The position numbers were made by a program, and so were the translations under genes. Below, one piece after another: positions 9,186 to 18,301 of a DNA stretch of 34,183 nucleotides. Position 1 is the first letter of the stretch; each line of letters starts with the position of its first letter. The DNA is from Ktedonobacteraceae bacterium (GTDB taxonomy: Bacteria > Chloroflexota > Ktedonobacteria > Ktedonobacterales > Ktedonobacteraceae), in NCBI GenBank assembly GCA_035308345.1, contig DATGGW010000394.1, positions 1 to 34,183 on the forward strand, written 5' to 3'. The notes beneath the pieces were generated by a model. It did not search any database and was not told where the DNA came from. It saw nothing but the letters and a program-made list of their open reading frames with translations.

Positions 9186-10724
9186 ATGCAAGCAGCTTCG
9201 CCATCTTCTAAACGCTTGTTTATCGGAACAAGCCTCCTCTCGTTGCTCTTCCTTGTTCCAATGCTCGTTGCCTGCAGCGCTGGAACGAGTGGTACAAGTC
9301 CGAGTAGTACCGCAACCAGCAGCGCGACTGCAAATGGTACACCGGGAGTACCCTCAGGCGTCCAACGCTGCCCTGGTGACACCGGTAATCCCGCGCACTG
9401 GGAAGCGATAGTCAACCCCTATGCTTATGGCGGGCAACACCATGTCGAGAGTGTGAGCTGCGCCCATATCATGGGCACTCCTTCGCTTCAAGCCCTGGTG
9501 ACGGTTCGTCGCGCCGACTCAGACGACACTCTGGATATCTTCGTATTCAACAACATCACCAATGCGAGGCCCGCGAAGGTCTTTCAGACGTATGGACTCG
9601 TCAAGGGCGAGGCGAAGATCAGCGGCTACAACACCGTAATGACGGCCCAGGCGGACGAGCTTTCCGCGCTCAACGCGGGCAAACCCGTCTCCGCCATGAC
9701 AGCAGATTTCTTCCGCGAGTTTAAGTGGTCTGCCAACGCTGGCACTCTGGTGCAGACCGCTTTCCCCGGCATCTTTCCTGACCTGACGCGCTACCAGGCC
9801 GAAGCCGACCAGGTGAGCGTCAACCAGGGACATCAACCCTGGAAACTCAGCGCGACCATGGTCGCCGACGCTCTAGTCGCGAGCTTACTCAACTGGTCTC
9901 CCAGCTCTCCTACCACCCTGCTCAGCGGCGGTGGAGCGCATGATGCCAGCGCGGTCTTGCGGGTGCGGAGCACCGAGGCTGTCAGCGGGACCATTAAGGT
10001 GACACTCTCGCGCCTGGAGGACAACACCAATGGCGGCATCTGGGAAGTCGTCTCCGTCACCGTCGATGGCATGTCTCTCACCAGCCCTGTGCAGCTTTCT
10101 GTCCTCAGCAGCCCTGTCAGTGTGAAGGGTACCGGCAATGCCTTTGAGGGGCGGATTGGCCAGGTCATAGTGCTAGATCACCTCTACAATGTCATTGGAA
10201 AAGCGAGCGCCATTGGATTAATCGGTGAGGGTCCGACATCGTTCTCGACCAGCCTGGATTACCAGTCTACCTTCCCTGCCGGAATCCAGGAAGGAGTGCT
10301 GGTCTTGTACACCCCCAGCAATGCCAATGGCTCGATTGCCGCCGCTGTTATGGAAAAGGTGCTGGTCAATGGCGCGCTCGAGCGGGCATTCCAGGTGTTG
10401 AGCGTAGATTTAGTGGTGACTCCCAACAGCATTGCGGGAATGGCCTGTGGAAGCCAGGTCACCTTTACCTATACCGCGACGTTCCATGTTCCGGCGGGAA
10501 CGGCCGGGGGAACCATCAAGTTTCTCTACACCTGGAACAACGGGCGCGCCTCCCCGAGCGCGAGTGTCATCGTTCCTCCTGAGCAAAGCACAGCCATCTA
10601 TACCTTTACGACACCTGGGACACTGTATGCAGATCATACATTTCCAGGCATTGCCGAAGTGCTTGTGACCAGTCCGAATGCAGTCAATTCGCCACAGGTC
10701 ATCCCGGCTGGCAAGTGTAGTTAG
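9186..10724 (+). CDS. Secreted lipoprotein with Gmad2-like immunoglobulin-like domain, function unknown
   Basis: 512 aa. Signal peptide with lipobox LVAC|S. Ser/Thr-rich linker. VSVKGTGNAFEGRIGQVIVLD resembles the Gmad2/GerM-associated Ig-like fold. RBS AAAGGA. Confidence 0.7.
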   Translation: MQAASPSSKRLFIGTSLLSLLFLVPMLVACSAGTSGTSPSSTATSSATANGTPGVPSGVQRCPGDTGNPAHWEAIVNPYAYGGQHHVESVSCAHIMGTPSLQALVTVRRADSDDTLDIFVFNNITNARPAKVFQTYGLVKGEAKISGYNTVMTAQADELSALNAGKPVSAMTADFFREFKWSANAGTLVQTAFPGIFPDLTRYQAEADQVSVNQGHQPWKLSATMVADALVASLLNWSPSSPTTLLSGGGAHDASAVLRVRSTEAVSGTIKVTLSRLEDNTNGGIWEVVSVTVDGMSLTSPVQLSVLSSPVSVKGTGNAFEGRIGQVIVLDHLYNVIGKASAIGLIGEGPTSFSTSLDYQSTFPAGIQEGVLVLYTPSNANGSIAAAVMEKVLVNGALERAFQVLSVDLVVTPNSIAGMACGSQVTFTYTATFHVPAGTAGGTIKFLYTWNNGRASPSASVIVPPEQSTAIYTFTTPGTLYADHTFPGIAEVLVTSPNAVNSPQVIPAGKCS

Positions 10725-10822
10725 TTGGGGACTATATAGACAGATAACTGCAAGCAACTTCTCAAAGTGCCTTCTTTCTTCCAGTTAATAAGCCCGGTGC
10801 AAACAGCTTTCAGACAAGCTAT

Positions 10823-11371
10823 TTAAGGCAGCAGGGGACACGATTCGCGGAATTGCTGCACTTTTTTCTCCACCTCAAGGAAAGACATATGCATCGATAC
10901 GGGAACGCTCAAATTGAAGGTGAGAATCTTGCGATTCAGGTCGCGCAGCTTTTGTTCGTATGCGCTGGCAGCTTTTTCGACGGCGTCGTTAAAGGCGCGT
11001 TTTTCGCTGGGAAACGGGGGAACACGACGAGCGCGCAAGTCCCTGGCTTGAGCGCGCAGGCGCTTCAGTTGTTGCTCAATGCGCTCATTTTCACGGCGAA
11101 TTTCTTTGAGCAGTTCAATTTCAGGGGAAGCATAGCCGCTATTTTTCAACAAGCGGTAGGCGGTCGCTTTGTCTCCGGCCAGCGCGTCATCTTCGAGGTT
11201 AAGCGGCTTGCCTGTTCCCGGCAAATTGTCAAACTCACCGCGAGCCACAGCCTCCTGAATCTGTTCTTCGATGTAGTGCTGAAAATGTCTGCTTTGTAGT
11301 TTGTTTGCCCGTCGTTCTTGCTCTTCTGCATCAGGGTGTTTGGCAACGCCGCGCCAGTCTTTGAAATCCAT
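10823..11371 (-). CDS. DUF1992 / DnaJC28-like protein
   Basis: 182 aa. Signature GEFDNLPGTGKPL followed by a coiled-coil-like Arg/Glu-rich C-terminus. Confidence 0.8.
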   Translation of the reverse strand: MDFKDWRGVAKHPDAEEQERRANKLQSRHFQHYIEEQIQEAVARGEFDNLPGTGKPLNLEDDALAGDKATAYRLLKNSGYASPEIELLKEIRRENERIEQQLKRLRAQARDLRARRVPPFPSEKRAFNDAVEKAASAYEQKLRDLNRKILTFNLSVPVSMHMSFLEVEKKVQQFRESCPLLP

Positions 11372-11393
11372 ATGTCACCTGGATAATAGAATT

Positions 11394-11416
11394 GGGGTTG
11401 TCACACTTTGAACCCC
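11394..11416 (-). terminator. Weak terminator-like hairpin after larC
   Basis: GGGGTT (11394..11399) pairs with AACCCC (11411..11416) across an 11-nt loop. A U-containing tract follows on the minus-strand transcript. The stem is short and the loop long. Confidence 0.25.
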
Positions 11417-11422
11417 GCTTGT

Positions 11423-12646
11423 TCAATTTTCAAGCTCTCTTTGTATTATAGTGCTGTTGATGACCTGCCGCGCAACCTCGTAGACCTCCTCCAACGGCAG
11501 AGCCTTTTCAAGCGCGACTCTCCGGCATTCCTCGTACTCTGGCGCGGCGCTGATAACACGACCACCCAGCAGCTTCACTTTGATCATCATCTTGCCAAAC
11601 GGGGTCTCGATGTATTGCTGCGCTCGCTGCGCTTTGCGACGCTGCGCCTGTTGTATGCGCACGCCCAGGGTACCGGTTTCGCTCAAGAGAAGCTGCGCCA
11701 GCGCGTCGCCGTCCTCAACACGGCAGATCAGGGTGAGCATGACGGCGGGGCGGTTCTTCTTCATCTGGAGCGGCGTATAGCTGACATCCAGCGCGCCAGC
11801 CGCCAGTAATCGCTCCATCAGCCCTCCCAATAGCTCGCCGGTCATATTATCGATGTTTGTTTCAATAGACGTGACCCAGTCGGTATCCATCGAAGCCTGC
11901 TCTCCTATCTTCATACTTGCACCGACCGGCCTTCCCAGGCAGAGTCGCAGGCAGTTGGGCCAGGGGAATGATGTACGCCCGAAGCCATAGCCAGTACGCT
12001 CAATATGTATAGCTGGCGTCTCAAAATGGGCCAGGGCAGCGAGGATAGCCGCGCCGGTGGGAGTCACCATCTCACCTTCAACAGGACAGGGTCTCCACGG
12101 CGCAGCCACACGCCGCAGTATTTCCAGAGTGGCAGGCGCGGGAACAGGCAAGAGGCCATGCGCAGCCTTGACGTGACCGCTGCTCAAAGGCAGGGCAGAA
12201 GCATAGAGGGTTGCAATCTCCATTGTTTCGATAGCCAGAGCAGCCCCTACGATATCGATGATGGCATCAACAGCTCCAACCTCGTGAAAGTGTACCTCTT
12301 CGAGAGTGGAACCATGCACAGCGGCCTCGGCCTCCGCCAGGCAGCGAAACATCGCCTGCGCCCGTTCGCGCACACGCGGGGACAATGTTGCAGCTTGCAG
12401 CAACGATACGATATCAGTGAAGTGGCGAGCAGGCTGCTCCTGATCATTCAAAACAACATCGAAGCGCGCGCCGCGTATGCCTTTATCCCGAAATTGTTCC
12501 AGCTTTAACTCGTAACCGGTGATAGGGAGACCGGTCAGCGCCTGTTTGAGCGTTTCCAGGGGAAATCCGGCATCCAACATCGCGCCCAAAAACATGTCGC
12601 CGCTGATGCCGGAATGACAATCAAGATAGGCAATGTTCTGTTGCAT
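11423..12646 (-). CDS. larC: Nickel insertion protein LarC (DUF111; nickel-pincer cofactor biosynthesis)
   Basis: 407 aa. N-terminal signature YLDCHSGISGDMFLGAMLDAG, HFHEVGAVDAIIDIVG, and a C-terminal LarC2-like domain. It is a single uninterrupted ORF. Confidence 0.88.
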   Translation of the reverse strand: MQQNIAYLDCHSGISGDMFLGAMLDAGFPLETLKQALTGLPITGYELKLEQFRDKGIRGARFDVVLNDQEQPARHFTDIVSLLQAATLSPRVRERAQAMFRCLAEAEAAVHGSTLEEVHFHEVGAVDAIIDIVGAALAIETMEIATLYASALPLSSGHVKAAHGLLPVPAPATLEILRRVAAPWRPCPVEGEMVTPTGAAILAALAHFETPAIHIERTGYGFGRTSFPWPNCLRLCLGRPVGASMKIGEQASMDTDWVTSIETNIDNMTGELLGGLMERLLAAGALDVSYTPLQMKKNRPAVMLTLICRVEDGDALAQLLLSETGTLGVRIQQAQRRKAQRAQQYIETPFGKMMIKVKLLGGRVISAAPEYEECRRVALEKALPLEEVYEVARQVINSTIIQRELEN

Positions 12647-14122
12647 TTATTTTCCGCTTTTGTGAAAGGCGATGGCGTTGCGGTAGACATCAACATAGCG
12701 CACGGCAGACGCATGCCAGGAATGATCGGCTTCCATGCCGCGCTGTTGCAGCGTGTGCCAGATATCTTTGAAACGGAAGAGTTCCAGCGCGCGCACGATG
12801 GCGGCGAATAGCTCCCAGGGATCATAGTTGGCAAAGGTAAATCCATTGCCCTGGCCGGTGCGCGGATCATATTGTTGAACGGTATCGGCCAACCCTCCGA
12901 CGTTGCGCACGATGGGGACGCTGCCATAGCGCATGGCAATCAACTGGCCCAGACCGCACGGCTCGAAACGCGAAGGCATCAGGAACATGTCGCTGCCCGC
13001 GTAGATGTTCTGCGCGAGTTCGGTATTGAAGGTGAGAAAAATTGCTACCTGTTCAGGATAGCGAGCAGCCATATTCTGGAACATCTCATGATAATGCTGA
13101 TCGCCGATACCCAGCACGACCAGTTGAATGCCCTGCGCCAGCAAGGGCTGCGAAATCTGCCCGATCAGGTCAAAGCCTTTCTGATCGGCCAGGCGCGAGA
13201 TCATAGCCAGCAGCGGCACATCGGGTCGAGCAGGCAGATGCGCCCGTTCTTGCAGCGCCTGCTTATTCTCTGCGCGCTTTTCCAGGCTGGAACGATCGAA
13301 TGGCATCCGTATAAAGTGGTCAGTTGCGGGATTCATCTCCTGATAATCAATGCCATTCAGAATACCAAACAGGCGCTCTCGCCGCGAACGTAACAGCGGG
13401 TCAAGCTTTTCGCCAAAAGTAGGGGTTAAAATCTCCTGGGCATAGCGCTCGCTGACCGTAGTGATGGCATCAGCGAACAGGATACCGCGCCCCATGATAT
13501 CGACGACGTTCGCCAGTTCGACTATCTGGGGATAGAGGAAACCACCCGTGGCGACACCCGCTACCTCCAGGATGCGATAGCCAAAGATACCCTGGTAAGC
13601 CAGGTTGTGGATGGTGTAGACCGTCGCGGAATCGGCGAATAACGGGTCGTCGTGATAGACCGTGTGCATCCAGTTTGGGACAATGCCAGTCTGCCAATCA
13701 TTGCAATGAATTATATCGGGCGACCAGCCGAGAAGTCGCGCCACCTCGAGCGCGGCACGGCAGAAGAGAATGAAGCGCTCTCCATCATCGATATAACCAT
13801 AGATATTCTCGCGATCAAAGTAGCGAGGCGCATCGATCATATACACCGGAATACCATCGCCAATATTGCCCTGGAGCACGCGCACCTGTTCCTGATACTG
13901 CCCCATATTCACAGTCATAGAAGCCAAAACAGTCGTCAATTGAAAGCGTTCAGGGCTAACCTGACCATAACGCGGCATAACCAGCCGTACATCATGACCC
14001 AACTTTTGCAAAGCCTTCGGCAGCGCGCCAACGACATCCGCCAGCCCGCCAACTTTAGCAAACGGCACAATCTCAGCAGCAAGCATCAAGATTCGCAGAG
14101 GTCGATCAAACTCCATATCCAT
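12647..14122 (-). CDS. glgA: Glycogen (starch) synthase, ADP-glucose type
   Basis: 491 aa. KVGGLADVVGALPKAL, HCNDWQTG, PSRFEPCGLGQLIAMRYGSVPIVRNVGGLADTV. Confidence 0.92.
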   Translation of the reverse strand: MDMEFDRPLRILMLAAEIVPFAKVGGLADVVGALPKALQKLGHDVRLVMPRYGQVSPERFQLTTVLASMTVNMGQYQEQVRVLQGNIGDGIPVYMIDAPRYFDRENIYGYIDDGERFILFCRAALEVARLLGWSPDIIHCNDWQTGIVPNWMHTVYHDDPLFADSATVYTIHNLAYQGIFGYRILEVAGVATGGFLYPQIVELANVVDIMGRGILFADAITTVSERYAQEILTPTFGEKLDPLLRSRRERLFGILNGIDYQEMNPATDHFIRMPFDRSSLEKRAENKQALQERAHLPARPDVPLLAMISRLADQKGFDLIGQISQPLLAQGIQLVVLGIGDQHYHEMFQNMAARYPEQVAIFLTFNTELAQNIYAGSDMFLMPSRFEPCGLGQLIAMRYGSVPIVRNVGGLADTVQQYDPRTGQGNGFTFANYDPWELFAAIVRALELFRFKDIWHTLQQRGMEADHSWHASAVRYVDVYRNAIAFHKSGK

Positions 14123-14398
14123 ACTACTCTACTCCCCAATCAAGTTGGTCTCAACCGCAAGATATTTTTTCCATTATAGCATAGGATGCAGACGGCGATT
14201 TATGCCTTCATCTAATCAAATTCTTCTTTGCGGTTTGTAGGAACTTCACTTGTTGAGAGGCAGTAATCCAAACCACTTTGGAACTCGTAGTTATAATAAA
14301 GCAGAAAGTCAATTTCGAGTGGTCTTGTCGATCAATAATATAGTTTTTCTGCTTGTAGTTATTCTTAGCTGAGAAATTCGCTAAGATAGGAGGTTACA

Positions 14399-14791
14399 AT
14401 GGATTCGATACGTTTTCTTCCAACATCAGTGCATGGTGTTCTGGATTACCTGGTAGGAATTGCCTTGATTGCAGCGCCCTGGCTCTTCGGGTTTGCTTAT
14501 GTAGGAGGCATTGCCGTGTATTTGCCAATTATACTCGGCATTGGTCTCATTCTCTATAGCCTGGTCACGAAGTATGAGCTTGGAATACCTGGCATTAAGT
14601 TCATCTCTATGCCATATCACCTGGTCGTCGACTTTATCGCCGCTGCTTTGCTCGCTGTTTCGCCCTTTCTCTTCGGGTTTTCAAGCAAGCCGCTCAACGT
14701 CTGGCTTCCTCACCTGGTTGTTGGTATCGTAGTCATTCTTGTCGTGCTCGTATCACAAACACATCCTAAAATGGTCGCCAGGGCCGCCTGA
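14399..14791 (+). CDS. SPW-repeat membrane protein
   Basis: 130 aa with four hydrophobic helices. The motif repeats as APWLFGF and SPFLFGF. Strong RBS TAGGAGG lies 5-6 nt upstream. Confidence 0.75.
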   Translation: MDSIRFLPTSVHGVLDYLVGIALIAAPWLFGFAYVGGIAVYLPIILGIGLILYSLVTKYELGIPGIKFISMPYHLVVDFIAAALLAVSPFLFGFSSKPLNVWLPHLVVGIVVILVVLVSQTHPKMVARAA

Positions 14792-14813
14792 GCCTGTTGG
14801 CCTGGATCAAGAT

Positions 14814-14857
14814 AAAAGGAGTAGCTCTGCTGGATACCCGGCAGAGCTACTCCTTTT
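14814..14857. terminator. Bidirectional intrinsic terminator between convergent genes
   Basis: AAAAGGAGTAGCTCTGC ... GCAGAGCTACTCCTTTT form a perfect stem of about 17 bp around TGGATACCCG. The A-tract on one side and the T-tract on the other would serve both strands. Confidence 0.7.
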
Positions 14858-14950
14858 ACGTGAACAACGTTTCTTTCAACCTGATATAGATAGACCTAAA
14901 TGCGCGAAGCTAACATTCATCCCATACACCGGGCAGGTAGTTCATCATTG

Positions 14951-16450
14951 CTAGACCTTGTATCGGTTGCGCGTCAGGAAGTAGAACTGGATGGCGGCGA
15001 GCAAGCCGATTATTACCACGACCACAACCGCGTTAATGGTACCCGGTGGGCCGACAATCAAACCACCGCCGGGAGTAAATGGGATATTCCCCTCGGTTTC
15101 ATTGGGGAAGACAGGCAGAGAGAAGTAGGCGAATGCGGCCAGATAGATCAGCAAGCAGGTGCCAACGATAAGCCACATACCGAGGCAGCCGAGACTATTT
15201 TCGCCCACGACTGCGAATTCGCGGCGCGCTACGCTTGTCCAGATTGCCGCCAGCGCGAGTCCGGCGCCGCACAAGAGAGCGGCGATAAAGATTTCTGAAG
15301 GGCTTGTATGCACTAGCAAGGTGGAAACAGAAAGTACCGCGGCAATGGTGACGCCGCCAATCACTACCAGGTTACGCCTCGATTTCCAGACCGCAATAGA
15401 AGCCATCAATAGCGTAAAGAAACCACCGGTTACTACGGCGTCCATAATGTAACCACCCTGCTGCGAGAAGGAGCAACTTTGCGGGATGGCGGTTATCTTG
15501 GCGCACAAAGTTAGATAGCTACCCAGACCGATGAATGTCCAGGAATGTATCCAGTCAATCAAAGGATACATGACAAACCAGGCCAGCAGGAACAAGACCC
15601 CGAATTGCGCCAGATTGATGCCGATGATGTAGAGGCCCGACATGGTGCGCTTACGCACAGGACGCATCAGGTAATGCAGGCGCAGCGCGAAGGCTCCCAG
15701 CATGCAAAAGATAGCAACGGCCAGGAAGACATTGAAAATGGTATCGACAATGAAAAGGCCCGTGATTGGTCCAGCACAGCCATGTTTTGGATCAATGCCA
15801 ATCGGACACTGAGGATCAATCATCTGAGCCAGTTGCTGCTCGCTAACAAAAGTGTAGAAGATCAAGAAGACGAAGAGCATGATAGAACCGACGGCGATCA
15901 ACAGGCGGATAACAGGCGTTGTTCCAGCGTCTCTACGGTCGGGGTTGCGCTGCTCGCGCGCGGCAAGAACGCTAAAAAATACCATAGAGATGCCGATGGC
16001 CATGATAGTCGCGCCAATCATGACAAAATCGATGACGTTTATCGGAAACCATAAAAACTTGCCACCGAGCAAGGGATTCCAGGATGTGCTGGCGTTAGGA
16101 AAATACTGGTTGCCGGTCCAGGCGGCCCACAGAAGCAGCGCGAGTCCGGCGACAGCCACCGGTAGACCAAGCATACTAAAGATAATGGGTGGAATAACAG
16201 GCTTCGGGTCGAAGAGCATCACTACTACCTGAATAACGATAAAGCCGGCCAGGCAGGTTGCAGCCAGAGCCAGAGCGCCTTGTTCCATGCCGGTCAACGA
16301 CGCGGCTGTCATCTGATTAAAAATATAACCGGGAATTTGTCCAATCAGCAGGGCTGCTATAAAAAAGAAGCCCACGGCGAATATCATGGCTCGCGCCCAT
16401 GATATTCGTTCTGGTTGTTCCCGTTGTTGCGTTTGTTGCATAGATCGCAA
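14951..16450 (-). CDS. Polytopic integral membrane protein of unknown function, last gene of the bc-complex operon
   Basis: 499-aa ORF with roughly 12-14 hydrophobic segments. It has no CxxCH and no recognisable transporter motif. It starts 23 nt downstream of the cytochrome c/cupredoxin gene. The probable ATG start is 16441 (MQQTQQ...), with AAAGGA upstream. Confidence 0.75.
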   Translation of the reverse strand: MRSMQQTQQREQPERISWARAMIFAVGFFFIAALLIGQIPGYIFNQMTAASLTGMEQGALALAATCLAGFIVIQVVVMLFDPKPVIPPIIFSMLGLPVAVAGLALLLWAAWTGNQYFPNASTSWNPLLGGKFLWFPINVIDFVMIGATIMAIGISMVFFSVLAAREQRNPDRRDAGTTPVIRLLIAVGSIMLFVFLIFYTFVSEQQLAQMIDPQCPIGIDPKHGCAGPITGLFIVDTIFNVFLAVAIFCMLGAFALRLHYLMRPVRKRTMSGLYIIGINLAQFGVLFLLAWFVMYPLIDWIHSWTFIGLGSYLTLCAKITAIPQSCSFSQQGGYIMDAVVTGGFFTLLMASIAVWKSRRNLVVIGGVTIAAVLSVSTLLVHTSPSEIFIAALLCGAGLALAAIWTSVARREFAVVGENSLGCLGMWLIVGTCLLIYLAAFAYFSLPVFPNETEGNIPFTPGGGLIVGPPGTINAVVVVVIIGLLAAIQFYFLTRNRYKV

Positions 16451-16473
16451 TCCTTTTTAACAGGACAATTTCC

Positions 16474-17505
16474 TTATTGTACAATAGTCAGCGCTGCCAA
16501 CATCACCGGGTGAATCTGGCAAAAGTAAAGCACGACGTGATTCGAGTTAAATGTGTAGGCGCTTGCCTTCACCGTATACGTGAAACTCTGTCCGGGGCTA
16601 AGCGGAGGCGCTTCGCCTGAGTTGAAGACTTTTGCCGGAACCGGAGAGCCCGTGTTCTGACCCACGATGGACGTGACAGTGTGAGGCGTTTTGCTCTTAT
16701 TGACCCAGGTGATGGTAGTGCCTACTTTGACCTTGACATTCGGGCTGATAATAAACTGGCCCACATTTTTGGGATCAGGAACCGCAAAGCAGGCGGGACT
16801 GCATGTCGCGCCCGCAGGTGAGTCGATGATATCGATAGTGATAGTCTTCTGTTTAGACATATCCACCACCGGGTACTGTGTGAGACCAGTTCCTGCAGTT
16901 GCCTGCGCGATGGCAGTTGCATAAGCGCTGGGGTTGCTTGATTGTAAGTCGCCAGGAGTCTGGGTAAATCCGTTAGTTCCAGCGCCATTAGGGTAGCCAT
17001 TTTTCGCCAGGTAATTGGGATCAGCCGAACGAACGAGATCGAATAAGTACTGGATCTGGTCCTGCGTGAGCGGGCCACCATAATCCTGACTCCACGCCGG
17101 CATCAGAGCAGTAGTTGGATTGGCAGGGTCATAAATACCACCACTGATGATGCGCAGGAGATCGGCATCGGTCAAAGCATTCACCGCACTATTCCCATTC
17201 AGTTTAGGGCCAGCGGCGCCTTGCCCACTGATGCCATGACACTGAAAACAATATTGCGCGTAGAGCGCCGCGCCGCGCTGGACAGAAGTATCATGCTGCT
17301 GTGTCTTGGAGATTGCCTCTCCATTGGTCTCCATAATCCAGAAAACAGGGATCATCAGTGATACAATCGACAGCATAATAAGAGCGCCATATCCCGTTTT
17401 CTCGACCGCGTTAGTGCGAGAATAGAAAATATAGATTAAGGCTCCCACTGTAATCAGCACAACCACAATACCTACTGCCGCCTGTACAGGATCTATCATA
17501 AACAC
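16474..17505 (-). CDS. Membrane-anchored monoheme cytochrome c fused to an amicyanin-like type-1 copper (cupredoxin) domain
   Basis: 343 aa. Two N-terminal TM helices. Heme site CFQCHG with a distal LMPAW Met. Ala/Thr/Gly linker. Cupredoxin ligands TPHTV ... YFCQIHPVM (C-x2-H-x2-M). The likely ATG is at 17499. Confidence 0.85.
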   Translation of the reverse strand: MFMIDPVQAAVGIVVVLITVGALIYIFYSRTNAVEKTGYGALIMLSIVSLMIPVFWIMETNGEAISKTQQHDTSVQRGAALYAQYCFQCHGISGQGAAGPKLNGNSAVNALTDADLLRIISGGIYDPANPTTALMPAWSQDYGGPLTQDQIQYLFDLVRSADPNYLAKNGYPNGAGTNGFTQTPGDLQSSNPSAYATAIAQATAGTGLTQYPVVDMSKQKTITIDIIDSPAGATCSPACFAVPDPKNVGQFIISPNVKVKVGTTITWVNKSKTPHTVTSIVGQNTGSPVPAKVFNSGEAPPLSPGQSFTYTVKASAYTFNSNHVVLYFCQIHPVMLAALTIVQ

Positions 17506-17585
17506 ACTACCTTTTCACAAGGGGGTGAAGATGCCAGCGCCGAAAATTCGGACGCGCTCACTTCACACCCCGGACTAAGCATTGT

Positions 17586-18275
17586 CTAGCTGGCCGCGCA
17601 TTGAACTGTCGGCTTTGCAATGATACGAGTAGTATCATCGGGATGGGGTACGGTATTGTTCAATGTACCCGTACTAACGGTGACATTGCCGCCGCTCAAT
17701 GATAAGGCAAAGCGATCCAGGCTCCTGGGAGCAGGCCCATCCAGGTACTCTCCATCAACATTATAGTGTGACCCATGACAGGGACACTTGAAGCTTATGC
17801 AGTCATCGCGGAACGGCACCGTGCAGCCCAGGTGAACGCAGCGCTGGTAGAGCGCGAGCCAGTAGCTGCCGTCCGAATCCTTGACGAAATTTTCAGAGAT
17901 CAACTGGTCGGTGAGGTTCGAGCCATTCAACAACAACGGCGTATCCTTCGCCAGGTGAGAGATATACGTTTTGGCCGCCTGCACGTAGAAGACACCAGCC
18001 TGACCAATCTTGTAATTCTCAGGTTTGGCCGCCGGGAAAGCGCTCTTTGCGCCAGCAAGCAGGTCCGAGCCGAACTGACCAGCCAGGTTGGGATAGAGCA
18101 TATAGAGCGCGCCACCTACAGCGGCAGTTGTAGACAACCCCCACACTGCCAGCATAGACCTGCGCAGGAAACGCCGCCGCGACAGGCGTTGTTTGGCAAT
18201 CTCTGCTGCCTCAGCACCACCGCCGTGCAGCACCTCATATTGTTGCGGAGTGATGGGAGGGGTATTGATACTCAT
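17586..18275 (-). CDS. Rieske [2Fe-2S] subunit of the cytochrome bc complex (Tat signal)
   Basis: 229 aa. Twin-arginine motif SRRRFLRRS followed by a TM helix. Cluster boxes CVHLGCTV and CPCHGSHY. RBS GGAGAGGA. Confidence 0.92.
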   Translation of the reverse strand: MSINTPPITPQQYEVLHGGGAEAAEIAKQRLSRRRFLRRSMLAVWGLSTTAAVGGALYMLYPNLAGQFGSDLLAGAKSAFPAAKPENYKIGQAGVFYVQAAKTYISHLAKDTPLLLNGSNLTDQLISENFVKDSDGSYWLALYQRCVHLGCTVPFRDDCISFKCPCHGSHYNVDGEYLDGPAPRSLDRFALSLSGGNVTVSTGTLNNTVPHPDDTTRIIAKPTVQCAAS

Positions 18276-18301
18276 AATGATCCTCTCCAGTCTATGTGCA
18301 G

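Noticed and set aside
11423-12646. Programmed frameshift in larC (LarC1/LarC2, as in Lactobacillus plantarum)
   Set aside because: The gene is a single uninterrupted 407-aa ORF covering both parts, so no frameshift is needed.
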